Below are positions 20,029 through 32,930 of a stretch of 64,000 nucleotides of DNA, piece after piece. The translations under genes and the position numbers were made by a program. This DNA comes from Epithemia pelagica (taxonomy: Eukaryota > Protista > Bacillariophyta). Each line of letters begins with the position of its first letter. Within the stretch, counting starts at the first letter, position 1. Where the stretch lies: positions 1,054,001 to 1,118,000 of the forward strand of contig OX337238.1 of the NCBI GenBank assembly GCA_946965045.2, given 5' to 3'. Under the pieces are notes generated by a model that saw nothing but the letters and a program-made list of their open reading frames with translations, did no database searches and was not told the origin of the DNA.

Positions 20029-21868
20029 CCAGGTTGGATGGATGTAGCGTCATACTCACGTCCACTGGACCGCGAGTGGCATTTGTCTGTTCCGTGGCCT
20101 GAGAACCTTCTGTCGAGGCGGCGGACGGTGTTGTTGGTTGTTGCTGGTGATAGGACTGGATAAGGCGCTGTTCGAGAGCTTGAAACCGAGCTTCTGCTGC
20201 TGCGTTTACTGCAGAAATGATACGTTTAATATCAGACATGGGAGTCTGTCCTTGTGGTTGAGGAGGATGTTGAGACCTGGGTTGGGCATATTCTTGAGGA
20301 GGATATTGCCTGTCGCGTTCCTAAAAAGAAGGGGTATTGTACATATTGGTGGGTGGTTGTCCTTGGGTGTTGGAGCTGTCAGCTTGCTGTTGTTCGCTAG
20401 TTTCTTGTCCTTTCGCACGTCGCAGTTGTTCTCTGAGGTCAGCATTTTCTTTTTCTAGGCGAGCGTTTTCAGCCATCACTCGCTTATCACGATCGTCGTT
20501 TGTAGTCAATTGGCTTGGTGTAATGGAGGATCGTCTGGTTTCCACAACTTTTGGAATGTTGACAGTCTTCACGTTTGTAGGGCTGATCCAGGCTTGAGTT
20601 GCTGCGGATGATCCAGTAGGCGGCTTTCCTCGAGCATCGTTTGCTTCGTCATCATCGTCTAACATATTCTCTTTTGCGTATAGGGAAGCGCATGAGGACA
20701 AATATGTCTCGTAAGAGACTTCATTTGTATCGTCGTCTTCGGCGATTCGGCGTTTGTGCTTGAATGCGACTCTTGCTGGTTGTGGCAGATTGCCCGGGCT
20801 CCTGTTCTCGGTGCTAATGATCTCTCGTACCCAATCCGCTATGAATTCTTCCAACTTGTTGGCAACGGAATCAAAGTAGGCCTCTGTGGTATGAATGTTC
20901 CAACGACCTTTTTCCTCAAGTTTCTTATGGCGCGCAATTTCTGTAACTCCTTCGATTTGGAAGATCTTTCCTTCGAGATAGAACATAATGTCTTCATTCA
21001 CACCCTCTATCGGAATCACTTTGTGATCAGAGAGAAAGTCGTTCTGGGCATAAATTGATTCCAAATAGTAGGTCCTGCTTTCGTCACTTTCGTGTTTAAA
21101 ACGGTGAAACATGAATTTAGGATCCTTCTTGAAAGTTTCATTTAGAAGCCGTAGAATCTCTTTGGCATCTTCTTGTCGGCATTGGAGGCCATATGCCTTT
21201 GTTGATCGGTAGCGTTTGCGAAGGGTATATGTAAATGGCGAGGAGAAATGGATTCGGAACTTCGGGATCTTCTTTTCTGGGCATTTGGTTTCTTTATAGA
21301 TCTCTTTGATGAGTCTTTCCGTCACTTTGCTTTCCATGGTATTGGCAGGATCGATTCCAACGAAAAACCCGATATTCGAAATACGTGTCTCGTCTTCTTT
21401 CCAGTGATGAACCAGCATTTTGCCGTGGTGTTCTTTCAATCTTTGCTCGACAGAATGGTGGCGTCGTATCTGGCTAATCGGAACTCTTGAGTGAATGCGA
21501 TGAAAGATGAGGTACAGTGGATCTCGTTGTTTCTTGTCATTGCCTTTCATGAAGTGCAATTCGTAATTCCTCGCATAATCGTTGTAATTCTTGAGAGTGT
21601 TTAGATCTTTTACTTTTCTCCCGTGGTTGTTGAAAATAGTTATTTCTGGATATACTTGGCGGATAACTTGAAGAACTGAGAAATGGGTTGATGCTACCTT
21701 GGTGTTTTCATTCTTGTCGGGGCGAAAGATAAACTTCACGACGTATTCTTTCTCCTCGCCTTCGTAGTAGACTTTCTTGTTGTCAACATCAGTTGTGTTG
21801 CAACTTGCTTCATCCATCTCTTGGTCTTTGGTGGAAGAATCTCGGGCCTCTACGCCGTCGTCGGCCAT
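19988..21868 (-). pseudogene. LINE ORF1 (~626 codons) interrupted by one in-frame TAG at 20321-20323
   Basis: ORFs 20321-21868 and 19988-20239 are in the same frame, joined by 27 sense codons (ERDRQYPPQ...GQTP). Overlaps ORF2 by 41 nt. Confidence 0.8.
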
Positions 21869-22020
21869 GGTGGTCGTAGAGGTGCTCCAGCGGCTACGTA
21901 GCGCTCAGTACTGAGTCTACAGAAATTTCAAATACCAATGACAACTCACTGAGTAACTAGGGCTTTCACTTTTGCCTGATCTCAGAATTATTAACCTTAC
22001 GAGTCTAGGCTCTGTATTGG

Positions 22021-23165
22021 CACCTATAAACCGTACGTACGTCGTCCGCACAGAACTCTGTCCTTCTCCCCCATAAAATCTCCCAAAAGCAAATCGTCAT
22101 GTAGAATGGCCGGCGTGCAAGTGACAGTTGAAGGTTGGCGGGCGTCCTCTGCTCAACACGATTCAAATTCCAGACGCTCGCGAGCGACTGCTCATAAAAA
22201 CCGTGAGAGCAAAAACTGAAGGGCCCTATCACGGTACCGGTAAGACCATCGGCCATGGCACATGAACCGCGGACGAATCATTGTAGACTGTAGACAGAGC
22301 GCGTCTTTCCTTCAGTTGTTGTTTGTGCCTTCTGTTTCTTCTTAGGATTGATTGATTGGTAGTGTTTTCGCCCATTTTCTCATTGTAGGGCATGTCACAT
22401 CCATGGTTCGAGTTGTCTACTAGGTAGGGGACGGTTTGGTTTCTTCTTCTTACTCTTAGGAGTAGTAATCCATGTTGTAGATGGCAAACTACATCATGTC
22501 ACCACTTTCTTTCTAGGCTAATGGTCGCTGAGACAAATTCATAGTGTTTGCTGTATCTTCTTCAAGGTGAAGACGAGGAGAAGGAGAAGAAGAAAGACAA
22601 GAGAATCCCTGGTAGAGCAGGACACCACCATTGACCTTGATATTTACCCCTATGATAAAATATAGAACAGGAATTCCACCTAGACTAGTATCAGAGTAAA
22701 AGGGCTACAAATGAATCAATCATCAAGACTACAAGCGAAATTGGACTGGTGAAAAGTGAGACGTCGCAACGAGTCGAGAAAATGGGGCTCAAGGGGTGTA
22801 TGCGAACAAAAACAACAGGGAGGGACTATTGAGATGCTTGTCCTTAGCCCAATCGCAGCTCTGTCTTTCTTTACTTACCTGGGTAGCATGGAAGCTGAAA
22901 AATCATGCCATTGCAAGAATTGCCATGGACATGGCCGCTGTAATGGAGGTTTGTTTGTTTTTTTATAGAGTGTATGCGGAATTCGTGCACCAACCACCAA
23001 CGGCAACCGTCATGCACGCTGGGCCGCTCAAACTGAATTGAAATGTTGTGACAAGGAAATGCCGGCGTGTCCTTTCTGATTTTTTATGGAAAATTGGATT
23101 TTAATCGAGAAAAAAACTCCATTGGGGGGACAGTTTGCGGACGACGTACATACGACTAATAGGTG
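22021..23165. mobile_element. Non-autonomous element with imperfect ~30-bp TIRs starting CACCTAT
   Basis: Left end CACCTATAAACCGTACGTACGTCGTCCGCA versus reverse complement of the right end CACCTATTAGTCGTATGTACGTCGTCCGCA. No TSD found. Confidence 0.55.
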
Positions 23166-23210
23166 GTCACCTATACCGAGGGTTCTTCGGAAGTGCAAAA
23201 TCTGGCGTAA

Positions 23211-23957
23211 CCCACCCCCTAGCGGGGGTGTTTTTGAGGTTGTAATTTCGTTGAAACACCCCTATCTCTCTGGTAGAAAAATAACCTGTTTCTAGTCGGC
23301 AGGCATATCTCATTCCATCCATCGCGATAACAACACGGACCTCGGTGTTGCACCTGTTGTTGTGCACCTATTTTGACACTTGGTACCTGTCGGGCGAGTC
23401 ATAGGCCTCTAACCAATAGCGTAGGATACATCTGCATGGCCAAAATATGAAGGTTGAGTCTATTGTGGAGCTGGTTCACAGGCACCATGCCTCGTGGCAC
23501 GGTCATACGGAAGCAACGCCTCACCATTTCGAACGAAGCATCTCAGAGGGATGTATGGCTCTTATCATTCATTGTTTCGACACCTAATGGTACACAATAT
23601 ACATAACAGTAGTAACGGAGTGTATCGACAGCAGGACCTCTATTCCCATGTGTTTTTGGGGCCATCATGGTCTCGTGTCGTGCCATAATGCTGGGCCACT
23701 ATTTTCATCCTTGCCTAGAGTGACCCTCATGCACTGTGCCGCTCACAATGCACTACCATGGTACTAATATGAATCACACGATGGTCGGATCATGATGGGG
23801 TGACCATAGGAGGTCACCAGCAACAACAAAGTTTGATTGTTGTGTTGTTATCGTGGTTGTGAAAATGAGATATGCCTGCCGACTAGACCGGACACCAGAG
23901 AGATGGGGGTGGCTACACGAAATTAAACCCTCTTAGCCGCCCCCGCTAGGGGGTGGG
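23211..23957. mobile_element. MITE with ~130-bp imperfect TIRs, CCC...GGG ends and CGTAA direct flanks
   Basis: Terminal 18 bp CCCACCCCCTAGCGGGGG are perfectly inverted, as is the inner block TCTAGTCGGCAGGCATATCTCATT. CGTAA at 23206-23210 and 23958-23962. Confidence 0.75.
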
Positions 23958-24293
23958 CGTAACCACAATTATTGCAAATAGCCCCCAGCGAGGGTTTTTC
24001 GGAGGTAGTAATTTCGTTGAAACTGATCGATGGATCTTGACGGTAGGCAAATTTAAAATTTAACCACCCTCGCTGGGGACTAGTCATCCAATATTCCTTA
24101 GCGGTAGTCATTCATCAGTCATCAGTCATCAGTCCCGCAATCGTCCCACTCCCACTCCCACCTTTGGGTCGAAGGAACGAAATTGTCGAGTTTCATGTTT
24201 GTAATTTTGTCAGTCTTTGCACTTCGCAGCGAACTCGTGGTCGAGTACATGTTGTATTGTTTATATTGTATATTGTTACCGCAGTTATCTTCT

Positions 24294-24453
24294 ACGAAGA
24301 GACACTACGAACACATCCTGAGCACGTGTCGTTTCGAGTCTGTCCGAGAGATCGCAAGTCAGTCAAAACTTTGTCCGTTGGGTTTCCTAAAAGATACGAA
24401 ACTACAATCAGACACACAGTTTTGCCGAAGGCCTCAGAACCGAAAATGGCTCC
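24294..24453 (-). repeat. YR-2 repeat B2 (160 bp, 3' terminus)
   Basis: Direct copy of 24731-24890, two mismatches. Confidence 0.95.
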
Positions 24454-24479
24454 GGGCGGGGTAGGGGAAATTTTTAAAT

Positions 24480-24732
24480 TAGCTAACTAGGATCTTGCGA
24501 TTGCCTGTGTACTCGTCTCGTAACGTTGCTTGCAAAGATGCTGAACCCGAGAAGAGTGAGCTCTTCTCACGATCCTTCGATCCAGAATCAGGAGTCATCC
24601 GAATCGTAAAACTGAGGTGAACGAAATCGGATGCTCGCCTCGCGACGAGGAGGCGGAGCGGTCGCACCTCTGATGTCGGTCGCAGGAGTCTGGCCAGCAT
24701 CGGCCACGTCACTCCACATCAGTACAGACAAC
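24480..24732 (-). repeat. YR-2 repeat A2 (253 bp)
   Basis: Direct copy of 39320-39572, one mismatch. Confidence 0.95.
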
Positions 24733-24890
24733 GAAGAGACACTACGAACACATCCTGAGCACGTGTCGTTTCGAGTCTGTCCAAGAGATCGCAAGTCAGT
24801 CAAAACTTTGTCCGTTGGGTTTCCTAAAAGATACGAAACTACAATCAGACACACACTTTTGCCGAAGGCCTCAGAACCGAAAATGGCTCC
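24731..24890 (-). repeat. YR-2 repeat B1 (160 bp)
   Basis: Direct copy of 24294-24453. Confidence 0.95.
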
Positions 24891-24940
24891 ATACCATTGT
24901 CCATTAATCGGTTGACTGACATGTTATGGATCGGCTTCTA

Positions 24941-25857
24941 TTAGAAGTCGAGGAATGATATGTTGGGGAACTGGTTGATGGGTCCCTGGCCATTGTGGTT
25001 GAAGAGGTTCTCTTCGGGCGATTCCATCGCCGTTTCTGTATTCGTTTGAAGAGCTGGCTCGAGAAGGTTGTCAAGACGGTTTCGAAGACGTTCGAGTGAT
25101 TCTGTTCTTGACTGAGCGGTTGTGTGATCCATGTGGCGGAAATCTTGGGTGGTCAGCATAAGCTGAGCCATTCCAGTCGTCCACTCCAAGACTTGTGGAC
25201 GAATATACTTCATGAAGGCAGTGGAGCTCCATCGGCCAAGAATCATGATCTTGGTGACGGAGCAATCGGCAAGAAACAAGGCCATGGCGGCCCCCGAACG
25301 AATGGAGTGGGTGCCAATGTCCATGTGGTTGTAACCGAATGCGGATTGGCCGCCGCCGCGCAGACAACTGGATCGGAGCAGGTCGTGAACGTCTTCTTGT
25401 CGGATGAAACGTGGTTTCTTGTCGGGTTGCTCGGGGTCAAACCAACAATTCACCGGTGTTGTGGGTGGTGCATCGGGGCGGTAGTGGAGAATGCGACGGA
25501 GTACTCGGCCCCAAAGGAGAACTGGGTCGAAGATGGGGTCGGAGGTACGGCTTTGGGTGCGAGTCTCGGCTTTGTGGTTGTTCTTCTGCTCCACAAATGT
25601 GATGGAGACGAAGCGAGCAAGTTTGTGGAATTGGGGGTGATCGGCCGAGATTGTAATGTGTTTGTCTTTGGTGGTGAAGACGAAATCTCCTATGGTTAGG
25701 AGCTTGGTTTTCCCTCGGGATGGGACGGTGACATATTCGCAGCTTCTGCAACCAAAGAAGTATGCGCAGCAAGTGAGATCGGCTGTGCAGGCTTCAAAGG
25801 AGATAACGTCGATTTGTAGTGTAACGATGGTAGTAGTGTTGGACTTGTTCTTGGTTA
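24941..25857 (-). pseudogene. YR-2 tyrosine recombinase, C-terminal catalytic part (separated from its 5' part by copia-1)
   Basis: AYFFGCRSCEY (Arg), THSIRSG (HxxR), GRWSSTAFMKYIR (Trp, catalytic Tyr). Confidence 0.9.
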
Positions 25858-25862
25858 AGCAG

Positions 25863-26031
25863 TGAAAAGGGTGCGACCTAATGGAGACTAGCCTAGAGCT
25901 GACTCACAAGGTCCTACGTCACCTTGCCCAACCAGCCTCACACTTGGACTGACGCACTACTTGCATATCTTTTAGGAACGTACGAACTAGTTAATCTTCT
26001 ATCATAATTTTCCCAATTCATCCCCTTTTCA
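25863..26031 (+). repeat. copia-1 5' LTR
   Basis: TGAAAAGGG...CCCTTTTCA; identical to 32931-33099. Confidence 0.97.
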
Positions 26032-26043
26032 GGTTATGAGCCC
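26032..26043 (+). promoter_or_regulatory. copia-1 primer-binding site (tRNA-iMet half-molecule type)
   Basis: GGTTATGAGCCC is the reverse complement of GGG-CTCATAA-CC, the initiator tRNA-Met anticodon arm. Confidence 0.85.
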
Positions 26044-26225
26044 AAGTATCACGCAATAAAGCCTGTTGCGAGAAGACCATAACGATTTCGGTGGACCAGT
26101 TCAAGCTTTCGACGTTGAGGAAATCCGTCTGAACGGCCGTTGAAGTCCAAGACCTACCAGTTTCGATAGCCAGTGTTGCATCGAAGAAGCAAGAACCAGG
26201 TGGTTTCGTTGCGATTTTCCAGTGA

Positions 26226-27794
26226 ATGGAAACGATAGCTGACTTCCTCAGACTCGGAGCAGCTGCTAACAAAGAAGACTCTGACTCTTCAAGAATTCCA
26301 GGCTGGTCCTCTGACGAATCAAGCTTAAGTAGTATTGAAACAATGAGTACTAAGGTCGTTATAAACGGAGAAGAGGTTGAAGTGAATACCAGTGCCACTC
26401 CGTCCCAAGATGTGGAAACAGCCCTGTTCAAGAAAGAAGACCGTGAAGGAATGGGCGCAGAGAAGCGCCAAGAACTGTTCTCGAAGGCTGCCGCTTCGAC
26501 CCCTGCCAAATTCGATCTGCTCTCAGCCAATATCACAGACGTGAAACAGCTGGAAGAGTGTTATAATCTTAACTTGATGGTTTCCCGTCTTAAGAGTCAA
26601 CATATCATCTATGATATGCACGACGTGTTCACGATTGTTACACCCGATGGTACAGGACCAGACCTCAAGACAGACGCTCCTCCGAAAGACTTATATACGT
26701 ACTATGGAGAGCTTTCTGAAGAAGACGTTGCTGCCAGTAATGAGTGGTACTCAACTTGGCCAAGAAAGTCCTGGTATCGTGAAAATTTGATGCTCACGGC
26801 GAAGCAACTTGAAGCAAGCATGAAAAATGCCCTTTGGACGAAAGTCTATGAACGGTATAAACGGTATAAGACCGAGCAACAAGGAGGTCCCTTACTTTTC
26901 GTCATCATGATGAAACTACTTGTTACCCACACGGAACAAGCTACGAAGACGCTAGTAGACACTGTTGAGAATCTTAAGATCTCTAAAGTTCGCGGTGAGA
27001 ACGTCTCGAAAATTGTGAGCCTTATCCTTGGCGCACACGAGCGATTGGAAGCTATTGCGAATGTCCCCGACGACTTCTCTAAAACTGTTCTAAAAGTTCT
27101 ACAGACTAGTTCTGTGGATCAGTTCAACAAAGTCTTTGAACTAATTGAGAGTCAAGCACGAATCGCCGGTGCTCTGTCACGATCTACACCCTCTACCCAA
27201 GCTCAATTCGAGATCCCCTCTGTTGAAGCCTTGTTGGATCTAGCCGAACAAGAGTACCTCTCATTGTGCCGTTCCAACGACTGGACGGGCATCAAGACAC
27301 GAGGAAGTCCCTCGACTTTCACAGCTGGTGGTACCAAGACCGATTCTGGTGGCCGCAAGTGAGAGCCCGTCTGTTGGAACTGCGATGGCGAGCATACGAT
27401 CAAGGATTGTCCCAAGCCCAAAAATGAAGCCTTGATCGAAGCCAACCGCCAGAAGTACAATGCCAAGAAGAAAGCTCGTGAAAATGGAGCGGGTGATCGT
27501 TCTCGCACCTCCAACAAATGGCGTCCCCCTTCGTCGGAAGAGAACGGCAAGCGCGTCATTGATGGCAAGACCATGTACTGGGATGCCTCTTCCAAGCGTT
27601 GGAACAAGACTCAAGGGAATGTCGCGATAGATGGCGACACCACTCCAACCGATAGGACCCCTCAAGTGCGAATTGCTGGCGCTTCTGCCCATGTTGCCTC
27701 CACTGGAACCACAGGAACGACGAATGCCCAATCTCGTCGCGTAATTGAACGCACCCTGGAGTCTTTGATGACCCAGGTGCAAAACCTCTCTTGA
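26226..27794 (+). pseudogene. copia-1 gag with an in-frame TGA at 27360-27362 just before the zinc knuckle
   Basis: The same frame continues EPVCWNCDGEHTIKDC (CCHC-type knuckle) into the 27432-27794 ORF. Confidence 0.85.
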
Positions 27795-27994
27795 TGGTGT
27801 GGCCGTCGACGTCCTGTCGATGTAGGCCTCTTTTTCCCGATAACCTCATCTCCCAGGAGGGATACCTGGGTTGATTTAGTTTGGTTGTTGCTTTGTGTTT
27901 TTCTGAGCGTGTTTTTCTCCTTGCATTTCTGTTCAATGATGCCCTGGGCCCTATCTTTCGTCGCAATCTGGTTGCGAGAGGGAGGTCCGCGTGG

Positions 27995-28404
27995 TGGCTA
28001 TTCTTCGTTCCCTTATGCCACCTTTGGTCCCAACCAGATGCAACGACGACGACGGCGTTACAAGACTCGAATTTATCACGTGCGACGCCGGTTTACTACT
28101 AATATAATGACCTTTGACTGCACAACGGATTCAACGGTTACATGGGCTGGTACGATTGACTGTCAACGGACCCCTTTTACTAAGGCCCGAGTGCCCTCTT
28201 GGCTATTCTTCGTTCCCTTATGCCACCTTTGGTCCCAACCAGATGCAACGACGACGACGGCGTTACAAGACTCGAGTTTATCACGTGCGACGCCGGTTTA
28301 CTACTAATATAATGACCTTTGACTGCACAACGGATTCAACGGTTACATGGGCTGGTACGATTGACTGTCAACGGACCCCTTTTACTAAGGCCCGAGTGCC
28401 CTCT
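27995..28404 (+). repeat. 205-bp tandem duplication in the copia-1 gag-pol spacer
   Basis: Copies at 27995-28199 and 28200-28404, differing by one A/G substitution. Confidence 0.95.
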
Positions 28405-31400
28405 GTCCGAAGACGCGCGAGGCGAGACAAGAAACGAGCGAAGGCGACACAAGAAAACTACCAGACCAAAGAAAACTACGCATGACACCTATGATTTCAA
28501 CTTCCAAGGCATCTATGTCCCTACAACATGGACAATACAAGACGAGCCGCCTCTAGATCCAACATCAGAGCGACTATCTCGTTGGTTTGGGTCAGCTGAA
28601 GAGCTTCAGTCTGCAATTTGGAAGCCATGTCTGAGCAAGGGGCCGGATCCATTGGCCCAGTTTCGTGCCATTCGAGCATTGAGTGGCTCCACATTCTCAA
28701 GATCTCGGTCAACCAAGCAACGAATGCAGCAAGCAATGATTGCCGCTGCCAAGTTAACCGGAAAATTGCCTCCTCGAACTGATCCTGAGTCCTTGTTACC
28801 ACCAGCATTGCAGCATCGCATGTCTGTCTATCTCAATGCAGCAGACGATGCAGACCTGCCTGTGGTGATCGATACAGGAGCATCCACATCGTTGACTCCT
28901 CGACTAGAAGACTTTGATGGACCACTCAAAGAGTGTGAGACCACTGAGCTGAATGGATTATCCAGCACAACAGCCGTGGTTGGAGTAGGAATGGCTGCCT
29001 GGACGTTAAGGGACGTGTTTGGTGTGGTCCGAACCATCCGAACACGGGCCTACTACGTTCCAGAGGCGCAGATACGCCTGTTTAGCCCCCAAACCTACTT
29101 CCAAGAGCAAGCTAAAGGCGAATTGCTGGTAAATGCCTTTCGTTCTCGATTGACTCTTCACGATGGGAGCGAACTGGAGTTCCCCTTTCATCCCAACAGT
29201 AACCTCCCTTTGATGCTCTCTGGACGACAAACCAAGATGGGCCTTGCCTTCGAAGACGTCATGGCCTTATCCAAAGAGTTTGATTGTCGTGGTCTTATGT
29301 CAGTGGCGGATGAAACAAATCAGAATGTCACCTAGGCGCAGAGAGAGCTATTGACCTGGCACTGGAAGTTAGGTCACGCTAATTTTGAATGGATCCAGGA
29401 TTTGTGTCGCGATCCTAAAACGGATCGACGTCGAATTCTCCACACGAAGCATCGACAAGTGTCAAGTTGTCCTGTCAATGGTTTGCGCTGCACAGCTTGT
29501 CAATTGGGCAAACAGAGGCGTCGTGGTGCTAATACCCAACATACGAACACAAAGGATGGTCGTCACATGGTCACTCGGTCAGAGAATCTTCGACCAGGTG
29601 ACTGCGTTAGCCTTGACCAGTATGACTCGACGCTAACTGGCCGTCTCCCTCACACCAGAGGAAAGGAACCCAAGAAAGATCAGTACACTGGCGGTACATT
29701 GTTTATAGATCATGCTACAGGATTAATGCATTGTGTACATCAAGTCTCCCTAAACACTGGTGAAACCATCGAAGCCAAACTTCAATTCGAACGGTTTGCA
29801 CAGGACCATGGAGTTACAGTCAAGTCGTATCTGGCGGATAATGCCCCTTTTGGCAATACCAAGTTTGTGGACGCAGTGAAACATGCTGGTCAGTCCCTGT
29901 CGTTTGCTGGTGTGGGGGCCCATCACCAAAATGGTGTGGCCGAGCGTGGCGTCCGTACGGTAACCTCTTGGGCCCGTACTATGATGTTGCACGCAGTATT
30001 GCATTGGCCGGAGCACGCCCATGACCTAAGTCTATGGCCCTTCGCTCTCAATCATGCTTTCTGGTTGTGGAATAATCTTCCCAAGCGAGGTTCCTTTATT
30101 GCCCCGCTGGAATTATTTACCGGAACAGTTTTCCCTACCTTGGCCTATCTACATAGGAGCCATGTTTGGGGTTGCCCAGTGTACGTTTTGGACCCTAAGA
30201 TCCAAGACGGGAAGAAACTTCCCAAGTGGTCGCCTCGTGCACGTCGAGGGCAATATCTCGGAGTCTCTCCCGACCATTCTAGCACGGTGGGCTTAATTCT
30301 CAATATTTCTACCGGCTATGTGAGTCCGCAATATCACGTCGTCTACGACGACCTCTTTTCAAGTGTCCCTAACGCCGAAACTGGCGGTGTCCTACAACAA
30401 GATATGTTCACAGGGTCCTTTTGGGACCATCTTGTGGCCTCTGGTCTGGAGCGGATTGACGATGGCGATTTTGACGATGAACAGCCTCAGCCACCACCCC
30501 TTCACCACGACTGGCTGACCCCTGAGGAAGCTGATGCTCTTCGCCATCAACAAACCGACGCAGCTTGGATCAATCCCTTACCTTTGCCTCCTCCTCCACC
30601 CATCCCTGTTCCAGAGGGAGCTGCTGCTCCAGAGGGAGCTCTGGTGCCCTTGGCTCCAGAGGGAGATGACGACAGTGAGATTCAACTGGATGGAGACCCC
30701 ATTTTTCCTCACCTTTTTCCTTCGGATAACGTGGAGCCAAATCCACCAGCCGCTCCTCCAGATGACTTGATTCAACCTTTGGTGGTGGATGGAATGTGGG
30801 ACGGTCCCAACAACTCCACCATCGACTCTGGAGACGAAATTGTAATCTTTGAGCACGAGGAACAGGATGAGGAAGATCCAGTTCGCGCACAAGAGAAGTC
30901 AAGACGTGCGCAACATTTGGAACAGCCGGACGAGATGCACTTTGGTCGTGGAAAGCGCGCACGCAAACCTAATCCCAAGTACGCCTCGTATTCGCGTGAA
31001 CGTTGGCAGGAGCACGCGCTCTTTGGTCACGATGATTATGCGCGACTAAAGGTAAAGCGTGACTGCTTAAACGATTCATTCCTGGCAGGACTTGACTGGG
31101 ATTCAACCATCCGTGACCTCAAATCCACACAGTCAACGCTGATGAGTCGCATGATGGACATGAACACCAACCCTAAGACAGGAACTGTCGAGGCTATGCA
31201 TCCAATGGTACTGATCACCAAGGCCGATGCAGCGGATAACCCCAGATGGAATGAAGCCATGAGCGGTCCAGATGCCGCTGGCTTCATGGAGGCATGTAAA
31301 AAGGAAATAGACACGCTATTCCGCCTCATGAAGGCTTGGATAGTCGTCGATCGCCAACCTTGGATGAACGTAATCCCATCTACATGGGCCTTCAAAAGGA

Positions 31401-32860
31401 AGCGATTCCCTGACGGCTCTGTCAAGAAACTGAAAGCAAGATTTTGCGCTCGAGGAGACTTTCAAGTGGAAGGAGTGGACTTCTTCGATACCTTTGCCCC
31501 AGTGGTAAACTGGACCACAGTCCGCTTGATGCTCATCCTATCTATTATCCTAAACCTCGCCACAGTGCAGGTAGACTACACCGCGGCATTCCTTCACGCC
31601 CCAATTGATCGTGATCCCAAATGGGACTCGATGACACGTCAAGAGCGTGAAAGAAGCGGTGTCTACGTCGAGATGCCCAGAGGATTTGGACAAGACGGAA
31701 AGGTACTAAAACTACAACGATCACTGTACGGGCTGAAACAAGCCCCACGGAATTTCTTCCAACATTTCAAAGGGCAGTTGGAACAAGTCGGCTTTGTTGC
31801 CCAGGACTCGGTTGATCCCTGCCTATTTATTTCAGACAAGGTAATAGCGGTAGTCTATGTCGACGACACGCTATTTTACAGTCCCAAAAGAGAGTACATC
31901 GATGAAGTACTTGATAAACTCAAGAAACAAGAGAACGCTGAGCTCGATGTTGAAGACAGCGTGGCTGGATTCTTGGGCGTCCATATCGAACGTGACGAGA
32001 CCCAAGGAACAATCAAATTGACCCAACAAGGTCTGATTAAGAGAATTCTAACTGCCTTACAAGTTGGTGACTTGGACCGAAGCTGTACCCCAGCCTTATC
32101 TAAGCCCCTTGTAGAAGACAAGAATGGAGATCCCCCACAAGGTAGATACAACTACGCAAGTGTGATTGGGATGCTTCAGTATTTACAAGCGCACAGTCGC
32201 CCCGACATCACCTATGCAGTGAGTCAATGTGCACGCTTTGCCTTTAGCCCAAAGAGGTCACATGAGCAAGCCGTTGAAAAGATTGGACAGTACCTTAAGC
32301 ACACGCAAGATCAAGGACTGATCCTTAAGCCCTCCACGAATCTGGACATCGACTGTTTCGTCGACGCCGATTTCGCTGGTTTGTGGCCCTATGAAGAAAA
32401 ATTGGATTCGACCTGTGTGAAAAGTCGCACGGGATTCGCTATCTGTCTGGCAAATTGTCCCATGGTCTGGACAAGCAAATTACAAAGTTCAATTGCCTTG
32501 AGCACGATGGAGGCCGAATACAACGCATTGAGTGAGTCGTTGAAGTCGGTCCTACCACTACGAGAGCTGTTGACCCACGTTGCAGAAGGAGTTGGGCTCA
32601 GCAAAGAATATACAACAACATTTAAGACGACAGTCTGGGAAGATAACATGGGAGCCTTGACTTTGGCCAACCTAGAACCTGGACGGATCACACCTCGGTC
32701 GAAATACTACGCAGTAAAGATGCACTGGTTTCGACAACATATAAGCGATCGGTTGCGAGTCGTCAAAGTTGATACGACACAACAGCGCGCCGACATTCTG
32801 ACCAAAGGTCTCACCCAATCCACGTTTGAGCACATTCGGAAGCTCCTCTGTGGATGGTGA
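28319..32860 (+). pseudogene. copia-1 pol (PR-IN-RT-RNaseH) with an in-frame TAG at 29333-29335
   Basis: PR: VIDTGAS. IN: HWKLGH/CTAC, SLDQ, ADNA, NGVAER. RT: DYTAAF, LYGLKQ, YVDD. RH: FVDADFAG. The two track ORFs are in the same frame (NVT*AQRELL). Confidence 0.93.
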
Positions 32861-32920
32861 CCACCAAATCTATTCTCACAATTTACACCTTTAAAGTCCA
32901 TTATCTCATCCGTGATCGGC

Positions 32921-32930
32921 TGAGAGGGAG
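32921..32930 (+). promoter_or_regulatory. copia-1 polypurine tract
   Basis: TGAGAGGGAG immediately 5' of the 3' LTR. Confidence 0.8.

Larger units (their letters stand above)
13933..21868 (-). mobile_element. Non-LTR retrotransposon (LINE, Ambal-like APE-RT-RNaseH type); exact ends not resolved
   Basis: Two overlapping ORFs, with ORF2 carrying APE, RT, RNase H and a Cys-rich C-terminus. No TSD or tail identified. Confidence 0.88.

Noticed and set aside
25124-25699. 191-aa plus-strand ORF and similar antisense ORFs inside the retroelements (e.g. 13993-14625, 38365-39126)
   Set aside because: They are shadows of long coding frames on the opposite strand.
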